Below are positions 56,062 to 64,000 of a stretch of 64,000 nt of DNA, one piece after another. Numbering within the stretch: the first letter of the stretch is position 1; each line of letters starts with the position of its first letter. The DNA comes from Vicinamibacteria bacterium (GTDB taxonomy: Bacteria; Acidobacteriota; Vicinamibacteria; Marinacidobacterales; Marinacidobacteraceae): contig OZ241322.1 in NCBI GenBank assembly GCA_965199715.1, forward strand, positions 958,638-1,022,637, read 5' to 3'. The translations under genes and the position numbers were made by a program. A model generated the notes under the pieces. The model did not search any database, was not told where the DNA came from, and saw only the letters and a program-made list of their open reading frames with translations.

Positions 56062-57588
56062 TCAGTCGCGCGGAATCCGGGCCATGAACTCCTCGATCTG
56101 CTCGTCGGAGAGCCCGTTGCGGCGCAGCCGCTCCCGCGCCTGCTCGAGCTCCTCCTCGGAGGCGCCCTCGAGCGACTGGGGGGTGATCGCGACCCCGTCG
56201 AGCGCCCGCAGGCGGCGGGCGATCTGCTCCTCGGTCATGCCGCGCCCACGCATGCGCTCGATCTCGGCGGCACGCTCCTCGGGCGACGTCTCGCGGGGCG
56301 TTTCCGCGGGCGCGTCCGGGGCGGACTCGTCCGTGCCCCGGCGGCGTCCGCCGCCGGGCGGGCGGCCGGGAGGACCGCCGCCGGCCGCCATGGCCTCGAG
56401 GCGCTCCTCGATCTGCTCGTCGGTCATGCCCCGCTGCCGCATCCGCGCCGTGATCGCCTCCCGGCGTTCCGCCGTGAGTTCCGGGCGCGCCGGAGCCGGA
56501 GCGGGCTCGGAGGCGCCCGGCCCGGCGAGAATCTGGACCGGCGTGGCGTCGGTGAGGCCGTCCTGCCCGATGACGATGACCCGGTCGCCGGCGCTCAGGC
56601 CCTCGGTCACTTCGACCACGTCCTCGTCGTCGTAGCCGAGAGTGACGTTGCGGCGAATGGCGACCCCGTCCTCCACGACGAACACCGCGTCGGCCAGGCT
56701 CTCCAGCGAGAGCGCCCGGCGCGGCATGATGAGCGCGTTCTCGCGCACGTCGGTCACGAGCCGCACGTTCGCGAACATGCCCGGGCTGAGGCGCTCCTGA
56801 CGGTTCACCTCGAGCGTCACCCGGACGGTTCCGGTGGCCGAGTCCACGACCGGACTGACCCGCAGCACCCGCCCCTCGAACTCCCGGTCCGGATACGCCT
56901 CCACCTCGATCCGGGCGAGCTGGCCGGGTGAGACCCGGGTCAGGTCGCGCTCGGGCACGGCGATGTTGCACAGCAGCGGATCGAAGTCCGAGAGCCGGAA
57001 GAGGCGCTGGCCGTTCGTGACCGTCTCGCCGAACTTGACGGCCCGCTCGACGATGAGCCCGTCGAACGGGGCCAGGATCCGCGTGTAGTCGTAGAGGATC
57101 TGGTTGCCCTCGAGCTGGGCCGCGGCCGAATCGAGCGTGGACTTCGCGCTGTCGTACACCTCCTGGCTGACGACTTGCTGCTCGACCGACGCCTTCGCCC
57201 GGTCGTAGGCCACCTGCGCCTGCTCGAGCGCCACCCGTGAAATCTCCAACTGGCCGCGCGCCTCGGCGTCGTCGATGAGCGCGATCAGCTCGCCGGCCCG
57301 GACCATCCGCCCCTCCTCGGTGAGGATGCGGGTGATCGGACCCCCGGTCCGGGCCACGACGTCCACCTCGCGCTCCGCCTCGAGCGCTCCGTTGGTCTCG
57401 ATGAACGCCGCGATCTCGCCGGGGACGATCTCCACGACCTCCACCGGAACCGCCGCTCCGCCGCCCGGACGCGCTCCGGGCGGACCGCCGAATCCGCCCG
57501 GGGGACCGCCGGGCGCGGCGTCCTCGCCGGATCCGCACGCGGCGGCGAGCGCGGCGATGATGCTGAGAAGGGAAAGCGTGCGGGTCAT
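56062..57588 (-). CDS. RND periplasmic adaptor (MFP/HlyD_D23 family) lipoprotein with a repeat-containing C-terminal extension
   Basis: ATG at 57588 (ATGA overlap). Lipobox AALAAACG, lipoyl/hairpin/beta-barrel MFP blocks, then about 140 extra aa with three RxRG(M/L)(T/S)(D/E)EQI repeats. Confidence 0.88.
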   Translation of the reverse strand: MTRTLSLLSIIAALAAACGSGEDAAPGGPPGGFGGPPGARPGGGAAVPVEVVEIVPGEIAAFIETNGALEAEREVDVVARTGGPITRILTEEGRMVRAGELIALIDDAEARGQLEISRVALEQAQVAYDRAKASVEQQVVSQEVYDSAKSTLDSAAAQLEGNQILYDYTRILAPFDGLIVERAVKFGETVTNGQRLFRLSDFDPLLCNIAVPERDLTRVSPGQLARIEVEAYPDREFEGRVLRVSPVVDSATGTVRVTLEVNRQERLSPGMFANVRLVTDVRENALIMPRRALSLESLADAVFVVEDGVAIRRNVTLGYDDEDVVEVTEGLSAGDRVIVIGQDGLTDATPVQILAGPGASEPAPAPARPELTAERREAITARMRQRGMTDEQIEERLEAMAAGGGPPGRPPGGGRRRGTDESAPDAPAETPRETSPEERAAEIERMRGRGMTEEQIARRLRALDGVAITPQSLEGASEEELEQARERLRRNGLSDEQIEEFMARIPRD

Positions 57589-60500
57589 CGGGCGTCGGCG
57601 GGGGCGGGAACCGAAGATTCCTCGGGAATGGCCTGCGGGGCGAACGGCCAGAACAGGGTCTTGAAGTCGTCCGCCACGGCGTAGAGGGTCGGAACCAGGA
57701 GCAGCGTGAGGAAGGTCGAGGTCGGGAGCCCGCCGGCGAGTACGAGCCCGATCGGGGCCCAGTTCCCGGCGCGGCCGTCGGCGGTTCCGAAAATGCCCGG
57801 CAGGAAGTAGGGCGCGGCCAGCGGCAAGAGGCCGCAGAACGTCGTGAGCGCGGTCATCAGGACCGGGCGGAGCCGGTGTTCGCTGCCGATCACGAGCGCC
57901 TCGTCCCGGGAGTGCCCACGCTTGCGCAGCGCGTTCACGTGGGCGATGAGGACGATGGCGTTGTTCACCACGATCCCGGCGAGCAGCACGAGGCCGAGCA
58001 TTGCGGTGCTGCCGAGCGTCTCGCCGGTCAGCTTCAGGGTCAGCCCGACCCCGATGAACGAGAACGGCACCGCGAACATGATGACGGCCGGGTGCAGGAA
58101 GCTCTCGAACAACGCCACCATGATGAGGTAGATGAGCAGGAGAGCGAACGCGAACGCGAATCCGGCGGCGGAGAAGTCGGACTGCCCCATGCGGCTCCAG
58201 CGGTCGAAGCTCCACTCGTAGCCGGGCGGCAGCGGCACGTCCGCGAGGATTTCGCGCACTTGGTCCATGAGCCGGAAGGACGCGCCCGGAGTCGAGGTGT
58301 TGGCCGAGATCGAGAGCTTGGGACGGCGATCCTCCCGCTCGATGCTACGGGCCCCCCGGGCCAGATCGAAGTCCGCCATCGCCCCGATCGGGGTCTGGAC
58401 GCCGGCGGCGAACACCGGCATGGAGTCGAGCTGGGTCATCCGCTCGCGCTCCGATTCCGGGTACTGGACGACGACGTCCACCTCCCGCTCGTCGCTCTCG
58501 ATATAGCCGACGGGGCGGGAGGTGAGGGCGCTTCGCACGCTCTGGGCCACCGCGCTCGTCGCGATCCCGGTCTGGAGCGCCCGGTCCTGATCCACCCGTA
58601 CGTGGACTTCCTCGGAGCCGCTTTCGAGCGAGGTGTCCACGTCCCGCACCGAGGGCAGCGTGCGGAGCCGCTCCACGACCCGGCCGGAGACCAGCTCCAG
58701 CACCTTGGTGTCGTCGCCCTTCAGGTCGATGTTGATCCCGGTGCCGCGCCCGGGCCCCCGGCCCCGGCTCTGGGCGATCCGGAACTGGACCCCGGGAACG
58801 ACGGGGAGCAGCGCCCGGATGTCGTCCGTGATCTCGGCGACCGTGCGCTCGGCCTCGGCCTCCTCTTTCAGATAGATCTCGAAGCGCCGCCCGCCGCCGC
58901 CGAAGCCGCCCCGGGAGCGCCCGCCGCTGCGCCCGTATTCGTGGAGGACGTCGGCGATCTCGAGCTCCTCACGGTGCTCGTCGATGGTCGCGGCCAGATC
59001 CTCCATGACCGTCCGCGTCTCCTCCAGCGAGTAGTTCCGGGGGACGTCCACGTTGATCGTGACCTCGCGCTCCGGCGTGTCGGTGAACCCGGAGCGCTCG
59101 ATCCCCTGATAGAGCCACCACGCCACTCCCATCAGCCCGAACGCCACCATGAGCGAGACCATACGGCGCCGCAAGGTGGCGCGGATGAGCCGGCCGTGAA
59201 GCCGGGCGAGAAGGCGCATCGTGGCCGAATACGCCCGCTTTTCGTTGCGAAGCACCACTCCGGCGGTCATCGGCACGACGGTCAGCGCGATCAGGAGCGA
59301 CGCGACGATGACGACGCTGAGCGTGAACCCGAAGTCGGTGAACAGTCGGAAGAAGCCGCCGAGCGTCGATCCGAGGAAGACGAGGGGAACGAAGACGCAC
59401 ATGGTCGTCGCGGCCCCGGCGACGATCGGCATGGTCACCTCCGAGGCGCCGTGGACGGCGGCCTCTCGGGCGCTCTCGCCGTGCTCGGTGTAGTGGCGCG
59501 AGATCGCGTCGATCACCACGATCGCCGGATCGGCGAGCATCCCCACCGCCACCATCAACCCAAAGAGGCTCATCACGTTGAGCGTCGTGTCCACGAAGCC
59601 CGCTTCCCGGGCCACGTACATGATCACGAAGGTCGTGATGATCGAGAGCGGGATCGCGACGGCGACGAGCGCGGTCGTGCGGGCCTTCTGGAGGAAGAGC
59701 AGCAGGATCAGCACCGCGAGGCTGCCGCCGAAGACGCCCGCGACGGCGAGCTGCGAGAGCCCGTCCCGGACGTCCACGGAGGAGTCCATGATGTAGCGGA
59801 CGGCCATGCCCTCGTAGCGGGGGATCGCGGCGATGGCCTCCAGCTCGGCGCGCACGCCGTCTGCGACCTGCAGCACGTTCGCCGTGGACGACTTGTAGAT
59901 GCTGAACGTCACCGACTCCTCGCCGTTGAGGAAGTCGAAGGAGCGCTGGACCGGATAGTCGAACTGCACGTCCGCCACGTCGGAGATCCGCAGGCCGGTC
60001 ATCCCGATCGGCGTGTTGCGGATGTCCTCGGGCCGCTGGAACTCGCCCACGGTCCGCACCAGCAGCTTCCGTGGCCCCTCGGTGATCGGGCCGCCGGAGA
60101 CGTTCACGTTGTCCTGCGCCAGCGCGGCGGCCACGTCCCGGACATCCACGCCGAGCGCGGCCATGCGCTGCGGGTCCATGCTGACCTGAAGCTCCCGGCG
60201 GCGGACGCCGCGCACGTCGGCGCTGGCCACGCCCTCGATCCGCTCGAGCCGCCGCTGGACCACGTCCTCGCTGAAGGCGAAGAGGCGGTCGCGATCCCAC
60301 GGAGCTCCGACGACGAAACGGACGATCGGGATGTCGGAGCTCTGGAATCGCCGGATGCGGATGCGCTCGACGTCGTCGGGGAGGAGGTGGCGGACCCGAT
60401 CCACCCGGTCCCGGGCCTCCACCATCATCATGTCCATGTCCGCGGTTTCCTCGAACTCGACGCTGACGTTGCCGCTGTTGGCCCGGGCGGTGGCGCTGAG

Positions 60501-60806
60501 CGCGGTGATCCCCGGGATCGTGCCGAGGCTCTCCTCAAGCGGGCGGACGATGAGCCGCTCGGTCTCCTCGGGAGAGCTGGACTCGTAGCTCACGTCCACC
60601 CAGAGGCTGTTCGAGCCGAACGACGGCAGGAACTCGAGCGGCAGTCGCGTGAGCGACACGTACCCGAGCACCACCAGCCCGATCGCGATCATCGAGATCG
60701 TGACCCGGCGATCCACCGCGAATCGGGCCAGCGGACTCCCGCCTCTGGCCGGAACCGGAGCGTGATCGTGCTCGTGGTCGTGAAGCTGTTGGGATGGGGA
60801 AGTCAT
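57585..60806 (-). CDS. RND-family efflux transporter, copy 1
   Basis: 1073-aa ORF with RND architecture. ATGA overlaps at both ends. Confidence 0.92.
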   Translation of the reverse strand: MTSPSQQLHDHEHDHAPVPARGGSPLARFAVDRRVTISMIAIGLVVLGYVSLTRLPLEFLPSFGSNSLWVDVSYESSSPEETERLIVRPLEESLGTIPGITALSATARANSGNVSVEFEETADMDMMMVEARDRVDRVRHLLPDDVERIRIRRFQSSDIPIVRFVVGAPWDRDRLFAFSEDVVQRRLERIEGVASADVRGVRRRELQVSMDPQRMAALGVDVRDVAAALAQDNVNVSGGPITEGPRKLLVRTVGEFQRPEDIRNTPIGMTGLRISDVADVQFDYPVQRSFDFLNGEESVTFSIYKSSTANVLQVADGVRAELEAIAAIPRYEGMAVRYIMDSSVDVRDGLSQLAVAGVFGGSLAVLILLLFLQKARTTALVAVAIPLSIITTFVIMYVAREAGFVDTTLNVMSLFGLMVAVGMLADPAIVVIDAISRHYTEHGESAREAAVHGASEVTMPIVAGAATTMCVFVPLVFLGSTLGGFFRLFTDFGFTLSVVIVASLLIALTVVPMTAGVVLRNEKRAYSATMRLLARLHGRLIRATLRRRMVSLMVAFGLMGVAWWLYQGIERSGFTDTPEREVTINVDVPRNYSLEETRTVMEDLAATIDEHREELEIADVLHEYGRSGGRSRGGFGGGGRRFEIYLKEEAEAERTVAEITDDIRALLPVVPGVQFRIAQSRGRGPGRGTGINIDLKGDDTKVLELVSGRVVERLRTLPSVRDVDTSLESGSEEVHVRVDQDRALQTGIATSAVAQSVRSALTSRPVGYIESDEREVDVVVQYPESERERMTQLDSMPVFAAGVQTPIGAMADFDLARGARSIEREDRRPKLSISANTSTPGASFRLMDQVREILADVPLPPGYEWSFDRWSRMGQSDFSAAGFAFAFALLLIYLIMVALFESFLHPAVIMFAVPFSFIGVGLTLKLTGETLGSTAMLGLVLLAGIVVNNAIVLIAHVNALRKRGHSRDEALVIGSEHRLRPVLMTALTTFCGLLPLAAPYFLPGIFGTADGRAGNWAPIGLVLAGGLPTSTFLTLLLVPTLYAVADDFKTLFWPFAPQAIPEESSVPAPADAR

Positions 60807-61216
60807 GGACGCTCCTCCCGTCGGGGTCCGCTCCGGCGGCCTCGGTGGCGGTGGTCGGCCTCTCGGATCATCGAGTCGAATCGTTCGCGTTGCTCCGGAG
60901 TCAGGATCTCGCGAATCTGCTCCCGGAAACGGCGGCGCAGCTCCCGGTACCGAGCGATGGACGCCTCGCGGAACTCACTGGCTTCGGAATGGTTTGTTTC
61001 CACGATTACGTGGAGCGCGGCCGTTTGTTCCTCATTCAGGCCAAGATCGGTCGCTACGCGGCGCATCATGTCCTCGGGAGCGCCCCGGCCCGGGCTTCCG
61101 CCGGGGCCGATCCGGCCGAGCAGGAAACCCGCGGAACCGCCGAGCAGGAGCAGCAGCAGCGGAATGGCCCGCCGCCAGCGGCGATTACGGGCGGTGGAAC
61201 GAGGTTCAGGGCCCAT
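60803..61216 (-). CDS. CpxP/Spy-like periplasmic protein (LTXXQ motifs)
   Basis: ATG at 61216, 137 aa. N-terminal TM/signal anchor AIPLLLLLLGGSAGFLLG. LNEEQ and LTPEQ motifs. Confidence 0.6.
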   Translation of the reverse strand: MGPEPRSTARNRRWRRAIPLLLLLLGGSAGFLLGRIGPGGSPGRGAPEDMMRRVATDLGLNEEQTAALHVIVETNHSEASEFREASIARYRELRRRFREQIREILTPEQRERFDSMIREADHRHRGRRSGPRREERP

Positions 61217-61589
61217 TTCCAACCCCTCCGCCGAGCGCGATGTGGAGCACCGGCTCGATCTCCGCCTCCGGATCCAGCCCGGGAAGCGGCGGCGGGTCAA
61301 ACGCTTCGGATTCAAGGTCGGCGATCGCCGGCGCGGCCGGCTCGGGCCACGCGAGGAAGACCGTAATGCCGATGGCGAGCAGCGTCGCCGCGGCGAGCCG
61401 GAAGCCGAGCTCGCGGAAGGTCCAACGCGAGACCGGCGACAGCTCGTCCCGGCGCTGGCGGAAGCGGGCGACGAATCCCGGGTCCGGTTCGCAGCGAACG
61501 CTCAACAGCTCGTCGATCCGCCGCATCCGTTCCCGCTCCCGGAGCGCCGCTTCCTCGGCGGGATTGAGGTCTCGGGAGCGGGATTTCAT
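61206..61589 (-). CDS. Putative anti-sigma factor (single TM)
   Basis: 127-aa ORF overlapping the ECF sigma stop (ATGA). Central TM LAAATLLAIGITVFLAW. Confidence 0.6.
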   Translation of the reverse strand: MKSRSRDLNPAEEAALRERERMRRIDELLSVRCEPDPGFVARFRQRRDELSPVSRWTFRELGFRLAAATLLAIGITVFLAWPEPAAPAIADLESEAFDPPPLPGLDPEAEIEPVLHIALGGGVGNGP

Positions 61590-62155
61590 GGCGCGGTCAC
61601 GAGCGCGAGCAGCTTCTTCCGGGCTCGGTGGACGCGGGTCTGGATCGTGCCCGCGGGGACTCCGGCGGCTTCGGCGATTTCACGGTACGTCATTCCGACC
61701 ACCACTTTGAGAAGGAGCGGTTCGCTCTCTTCCGCCGCAAGCGAGCGCATCGCCCGGGCGAGGTCGGCGCGCTCGCGAAGCCGGTCGTCGGGGTCGGGCG
61801 AGACGACTCCGAGGCGGCGCGCCAGCCGCTCGCGCCGAGCCGCCCGGCGCAGCGCGTCGTGAGCGACGCGGACGGCGATGCGGCACAGCCACGCGGCCAC
61901 CGGCCCCTCGCCCCGGAAGTCGGCGGCCCGTCGGAACGCCCGCAGGAACGTCTCCTGCGCCGCGTCCTCGGCCGAAGCGGGATCGCTGAGCACCGAGAGC
62001 GCGACGGCCCGGACCCTTGCTTCGGTGCGCCGCACGAGCTCGTCGAACGCGGCCTCGTCCCCCGAGACCCGAAATCGCTCCAGCAGCGCCCGCTCCTCGG
62101 CGTTTTCGCGGGCTCGGTCACGGGCGGGCTCCTTCCTGGAAACGGGACGGGTCAT
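61586..62155 (-). CDS. ECF-type RNA polymerase sigma-70 factor
   Basis: ATG at 62155, 189 aa. Region 2 (AEDAAQETFLRAF ... AWLCRIA) and region 4 HTH (MTYREIAEAAGVPAGTIQTRVHRARKKL). Confidence 0.88.
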   Translation of the reverse strand: MTRPVSRKEPARDRARENAEERALLERFRVSGDEAAFDELVRRTEARVRAVALSVLSDPASAEDAAQETFLRAFRRAADFRGEGPVAAWLCRIAVRVAHDALRRAARRERLARRLGVVSPDPDDRLRERADLARAMRSLAAEESEPLLLKVVVGMTYREIAEAAGVPAGTIQTRVHRARKKLLALVTAP

Positions 62156-62188
62156 CGCGTGGGTCGCCGGCGCGACTTCCTCAGGAGC

Positions 62189-62219
62189 AAGACGCGCCGG
62201 GCCCTCGGAATTGTTTTCC
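62189..62219 (-). promoter_or_regulatory. Candidate autoregulated ECF promoter (GGAAAAC - 18 nt - CGTCTT)
   Basis: Minus strand reads CGGAAAACAATTCCGAGGGCCCGGCGCGTCTTGC, 34 nt upstream of the sigma start. Resembles the GGAAC-N16-17-CGTC ECF consensus. Confidence 0.3.
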
Positions 62220-62226
62220 GGCCGCA

Positions 62227-62232
62227 TAGAGT
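62227..62232 (+). promoter_or_regulatory. Candidate -10 box TAGAGT, 8 nt upstream of the ATG at 62241 (leaderless-type)
   Basis: Plus strand reads GCATAGAGTGCCCCGCCATG, with no room for an RBS. Confidence 0.25.
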
Positions 62233-62240
62233 GCCCCGCC

Positions 62241-63362
62241 ATGAGCGTCCACCGGATCGAGACCAGAAGCATCCATGCGGGCCCCCGGGATCCGGGCGGA
62301 TCGGTCGCGCCGCCGATCCATCTCTCGACGACGTTCGAGCGCGACGAGGCGGGCGAGCTGCGTTCGGGATACCTCTACAGCCGGACCGCCAACCCGGATC
62401 GGGAGGCGCTCGAGACCGTTGTCGCCGATCTTGAGGGAGGCGCGTCGGCGTTCGCCTTCGCCTCGGGACTGGCCGCGCTGCATTCGCTCTTCCTCGCCCT
62501 GAACCCCGGCGATCTGGTGCTCGCGCCGCAGGATGCGTACCACGGCACGACCCACCAGTTGCGGGGCTCGCTCCGGCGGTGGGGGCTGCGAACGCGGCCC
62601 ACCGACTTCCTCGATCCGGCCGATCTCGAAGCGGGGCTGGCGGAGCGCCCGGCGCTCATGCTGCTGGAGACCCCGTCCAACCCGATGCTGCGCGTCACGC
62701 CGATCGAGAACACGGCGCGGCGAGCCCGGGAGGCCGGGGCGCTCGTCGCCGTGGACAACACGTGGATGACTCCGGTGCTCCAACGGCCGCTGGAGCTCGG
62801 CGCGGACATCGTCGTCCACGCAACCACCAAGTACTTCGGCGGCCACAGCGACGTCACCGGGGGCGCGGTCGTGCTGAAGGAGGACGGGGCGCTCGGAGAA
62901 CGGCTGCGAGACATTCAGACCGGAGACGGAGCGGTGCCCGCGCCGTTCGACTGCTGGCTGCTCCGCCGCGGGATCCGAACGTTGCCGCTGCGGGTCCGCG
63001 CCCAGTCGGAGAACGCCGGCAAGGTAGCCCGGTTTCTGGACGGCCATCCGGTGGTGCTCGCGACGTTCTACCCGGGGCTTCCGGATGACCCCGGCCACAA
63101 GACCCAGAGGGATCAGGCCGAGGGGTTCGGGGCGATGCTCTCGTTCCGGGTGCGGGGCGGCGAAGAGCGTGCGCGGCGAACGCTTTCCCGGGTGCGGCTC
63201 TTCGTGCGGGCGACGAGCCTCGGCGGGGTGGAGAGCCTGATCGAGCACCGCGCTCCGGTGGAGGGGCCGCACACGAAGACGCCGCGGGATCTGGTTCGGA
63301 TGTCGGTGGGACTCGAGAACGCCGAGGATCTGATCGCGGATCTCGCGCAAGCGCTCGAGTGA
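62241..63362 (+). CDS. Cys/Met-metabolism PLP enzyme (cystathionine gamma-synthase / gamma-lyase / beta-lyase family)
   Basis: ATG at 62241, 373 aa. RSIHAG N-terminus, PLP lysine in ATTKYFGGHSD, C-terminal VGLENAEDLIADL. Confidence 0.9.
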   Translation: MSVHRIETRSIHAGPRDPGGSVAPPIHLSTTFERDEAGELRSGYLYSRTANPDREALETVVADLEGGASAFAFASGLAALHSLFLALNPGDLVLAPQDAYHGTTHQLRGSLRRWGLRTRPTDFLDPADLEAGLAERPALMLLETPSNPMLRVTPIENTARRAREAGALVAVDNTWMTPVLQRPLELGADIVVHATTKYFGGHSDVTGGAVVLKEDGALGERLRDIQTGDGAVPAPFDCWLLRRGIRTLPLRVRAQSENAGKVARFLDGHPVVLATFYPGLPDDPGHKTQRDQAEGFGAMLSFRVRGGEERARRTLSRVRLFVRATSLGGVESLIEHRAPVEGPHTKTPRDLVRMSVGLENAEDLIADLAQALE

Positions 63363-63388
63363 ACCCCGGGAGGGCTGCGGATTTCCGT

Positions 63389-63404
63389 CCTACGCATGCG
63401 TAGG
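63389..63404. other. Perfect 16-nt palindrome CCTACGCATGCGTAGG, 27 nt after the stop at 63362
   Basis: Read directly. Could be a terminator-like hairpin or a dimeric protein binding site. Confidence 0.3.
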
Positions 63405-63572
63405 TGGGCGTCGCGAATATCCGACTCGGGCTTCCCGCCGGACGCCGGAGCGCCCGGAACGAGCTTGCGCTTCCCGCCGGTCAGCGGTGACTCCCTTTCG
63501 GTTCCATAAGCCGGAAAACCGTCTGGACGCCCCGCCGGGGATTCGTTTCGAGTGTACTACGGCGGGAGGTGG

Positions 63573-63665
63573 CTACCAGTCCGCGGAGTCCTCGTCGTAC
63601 GCCGAGGTCGGCAGCCGGTGCGAGTGTTCCCAGACCCGGGCGAGGCCGAAGCGGCGGCCGAAACT
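63573..63665 (-). pseudogene. Relic 3' end (30 codons) homologous to the C-terminus of the partial gene at 63798..64000
   Basis: Minus frame reads TGA-SFGRRFGLARVWEHSHRLPTSAYDEDSADW-TAG, against ...LGDWEHSYRLPTNIYDEHSQDW-TAA in the neighbour. 14 of the last 19 aa are identical. Confidence 0.45.
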
Positions 63666-63696
63666 TCAGGCCAGCATGAGTGCATTGCGGGCGATC

Positions 63697-63783
63697 GGTG
63701 CCGGGAGCGGGACTCGAACCCGCACGCCCCCGCTGGGGCCGGAGGTTTTAAGCCTCCCGCGTCTGCCTTTCCGCCATCCCGGC
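63697..63783 (-). tRNA. tRNA-Leu (anticodon UAA), class II with long variable arm
   Basis: Manual cloverleaf: GCCGGGA-TG-GCG-GAAAGGCAGA-CGC-G-GGAGG-CTTAAAA-CCTCC-G-GCCCC-AGC-GGGGC-GT-GCGGG-TTCGAGT-CCCGC-TCCCGGC-A-CC. The terminal A of CCA is not encoded. Confidence 0.9.
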
Positions 63784-63797
63784 CGCCGCCTCGCTCG

Positions 63798-64000
63798 TTA
63801 CCAGTCCTGCGAATGCTCGTCGTAAATGTTCGTCGGCAGACGGTACGAATGTTCCCAGTCGCCCAGATTCGCCACATCAAGCAGCGACTTGAATTGCTTT
63901 TGGGCGCGGGAAGCACCCCACTGCGGCACGGCGACTCTCAGGATGCGATCCCCAAACTTCTGCAGACGTAGTTTCGGCAACTCCAGCTTCAACCGGCCCT
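63798..64000 (-). CDS. 3' part of an unknown gene with visibly lower GC and atypical codon usage; continues beyond the window
   Basis: Frame is open to nt 64000, with TAA stop at 63800..63798. Uses TTG, CTA, AGA, AAA, TTT and GAT codons that are rare in the rest of the window. I recognise no motif. Confidence 0.5.
   Translation of the reverse strand, partial: GRLKLELPKLRLQKFGDRILRVAVPQWGASRAQKQFKSLLDVANLGDWEHSYRLPTNIYDEHSQDW

Noticed and set aside
63487-63971. Overlapping ORFs of 112-139 aa on both strands across the tRNA region (63487..63825 +, 63552..63971 +, 63557..63916 -).
   Set aside because: They run straight through the tRNA-Leu gene and have non-protein-like translations. The only coding signals supported here are the relic at 63573-63665 and the partial gene from 63798.

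Overview
High-GC (roughly 70% by eye) bacterial chromosomal segment. It is densely coding: about 58 protein genes and one tRNA. I saw no rRNA, CRISPR array, IS element or transposase. All homology calls come from motifs I recognise in the supplied translations; no searches were run. The gene content (many secreted peptidases and amidohydrolases, a 1049-aa BNR/sortilin-type protein) would suit a soil or sediment Gemmatimonadota/Acidobacteriota-like genome, but taxonomy is unproven. Genes are packed with very frequent ATGA/GTGA/TGATG stop-start overlaps. Landmarks: phhA 3' end (1-453); a long minus-strand array of secreted and membrane proteins (3982-12242); D-aminoacylase, prolyl oligopeptidase and amidohydrolase (12311-18787); a complete suf Fe-S operon with an Rrf2 regulator (34614-40494); an orphan ABC/AAA-type ATPase (40590-41912); a co-directional gcvT-gcvH-gcvP ... 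thyA-folA-ridA array (42302-52445); an ECF sigma / anti-sigma / CpxP-like / RND-MFP-RND efflux cluster (52883-62155); a cystathionine gamma-synthase/lyase-type gene; and tRNA-Leu(UAA) followed by a lower-GC partial gene at the window edge. Main candidate for a new system: a five-gene translationally coupled operon (20852-25555) encoding a membrane protein, a glutamine-synthetase-like ligase, a P450, an acetoacetate-decarboxylase-family protein and an HpcB-type extradiol dioxygenase. About 10 kb away (31871-34633) lies a second P450 next to an FAH-family enzyme and a PuuD-type gamma-glutamyl-amide hydrolase. Together they look like a split gamma-glutamyl-dependent aromatic amine meta-cleavage pathway that I do not recognise as described. 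Other points: four or five damaged reading frames between 14.2 and 29.8 kb (frameshift, in-frame TAG, start-less repeat ORF, decayed lipoprotein gene); a 33-bp in-frame tandem repeat; an MFP with a triple C-terminal repeat; a recurring (C)TAGAAT -10-like box, twice placed for leaderless mRNAs; and homologous CDS 3' ends on both sides of the tRNA.
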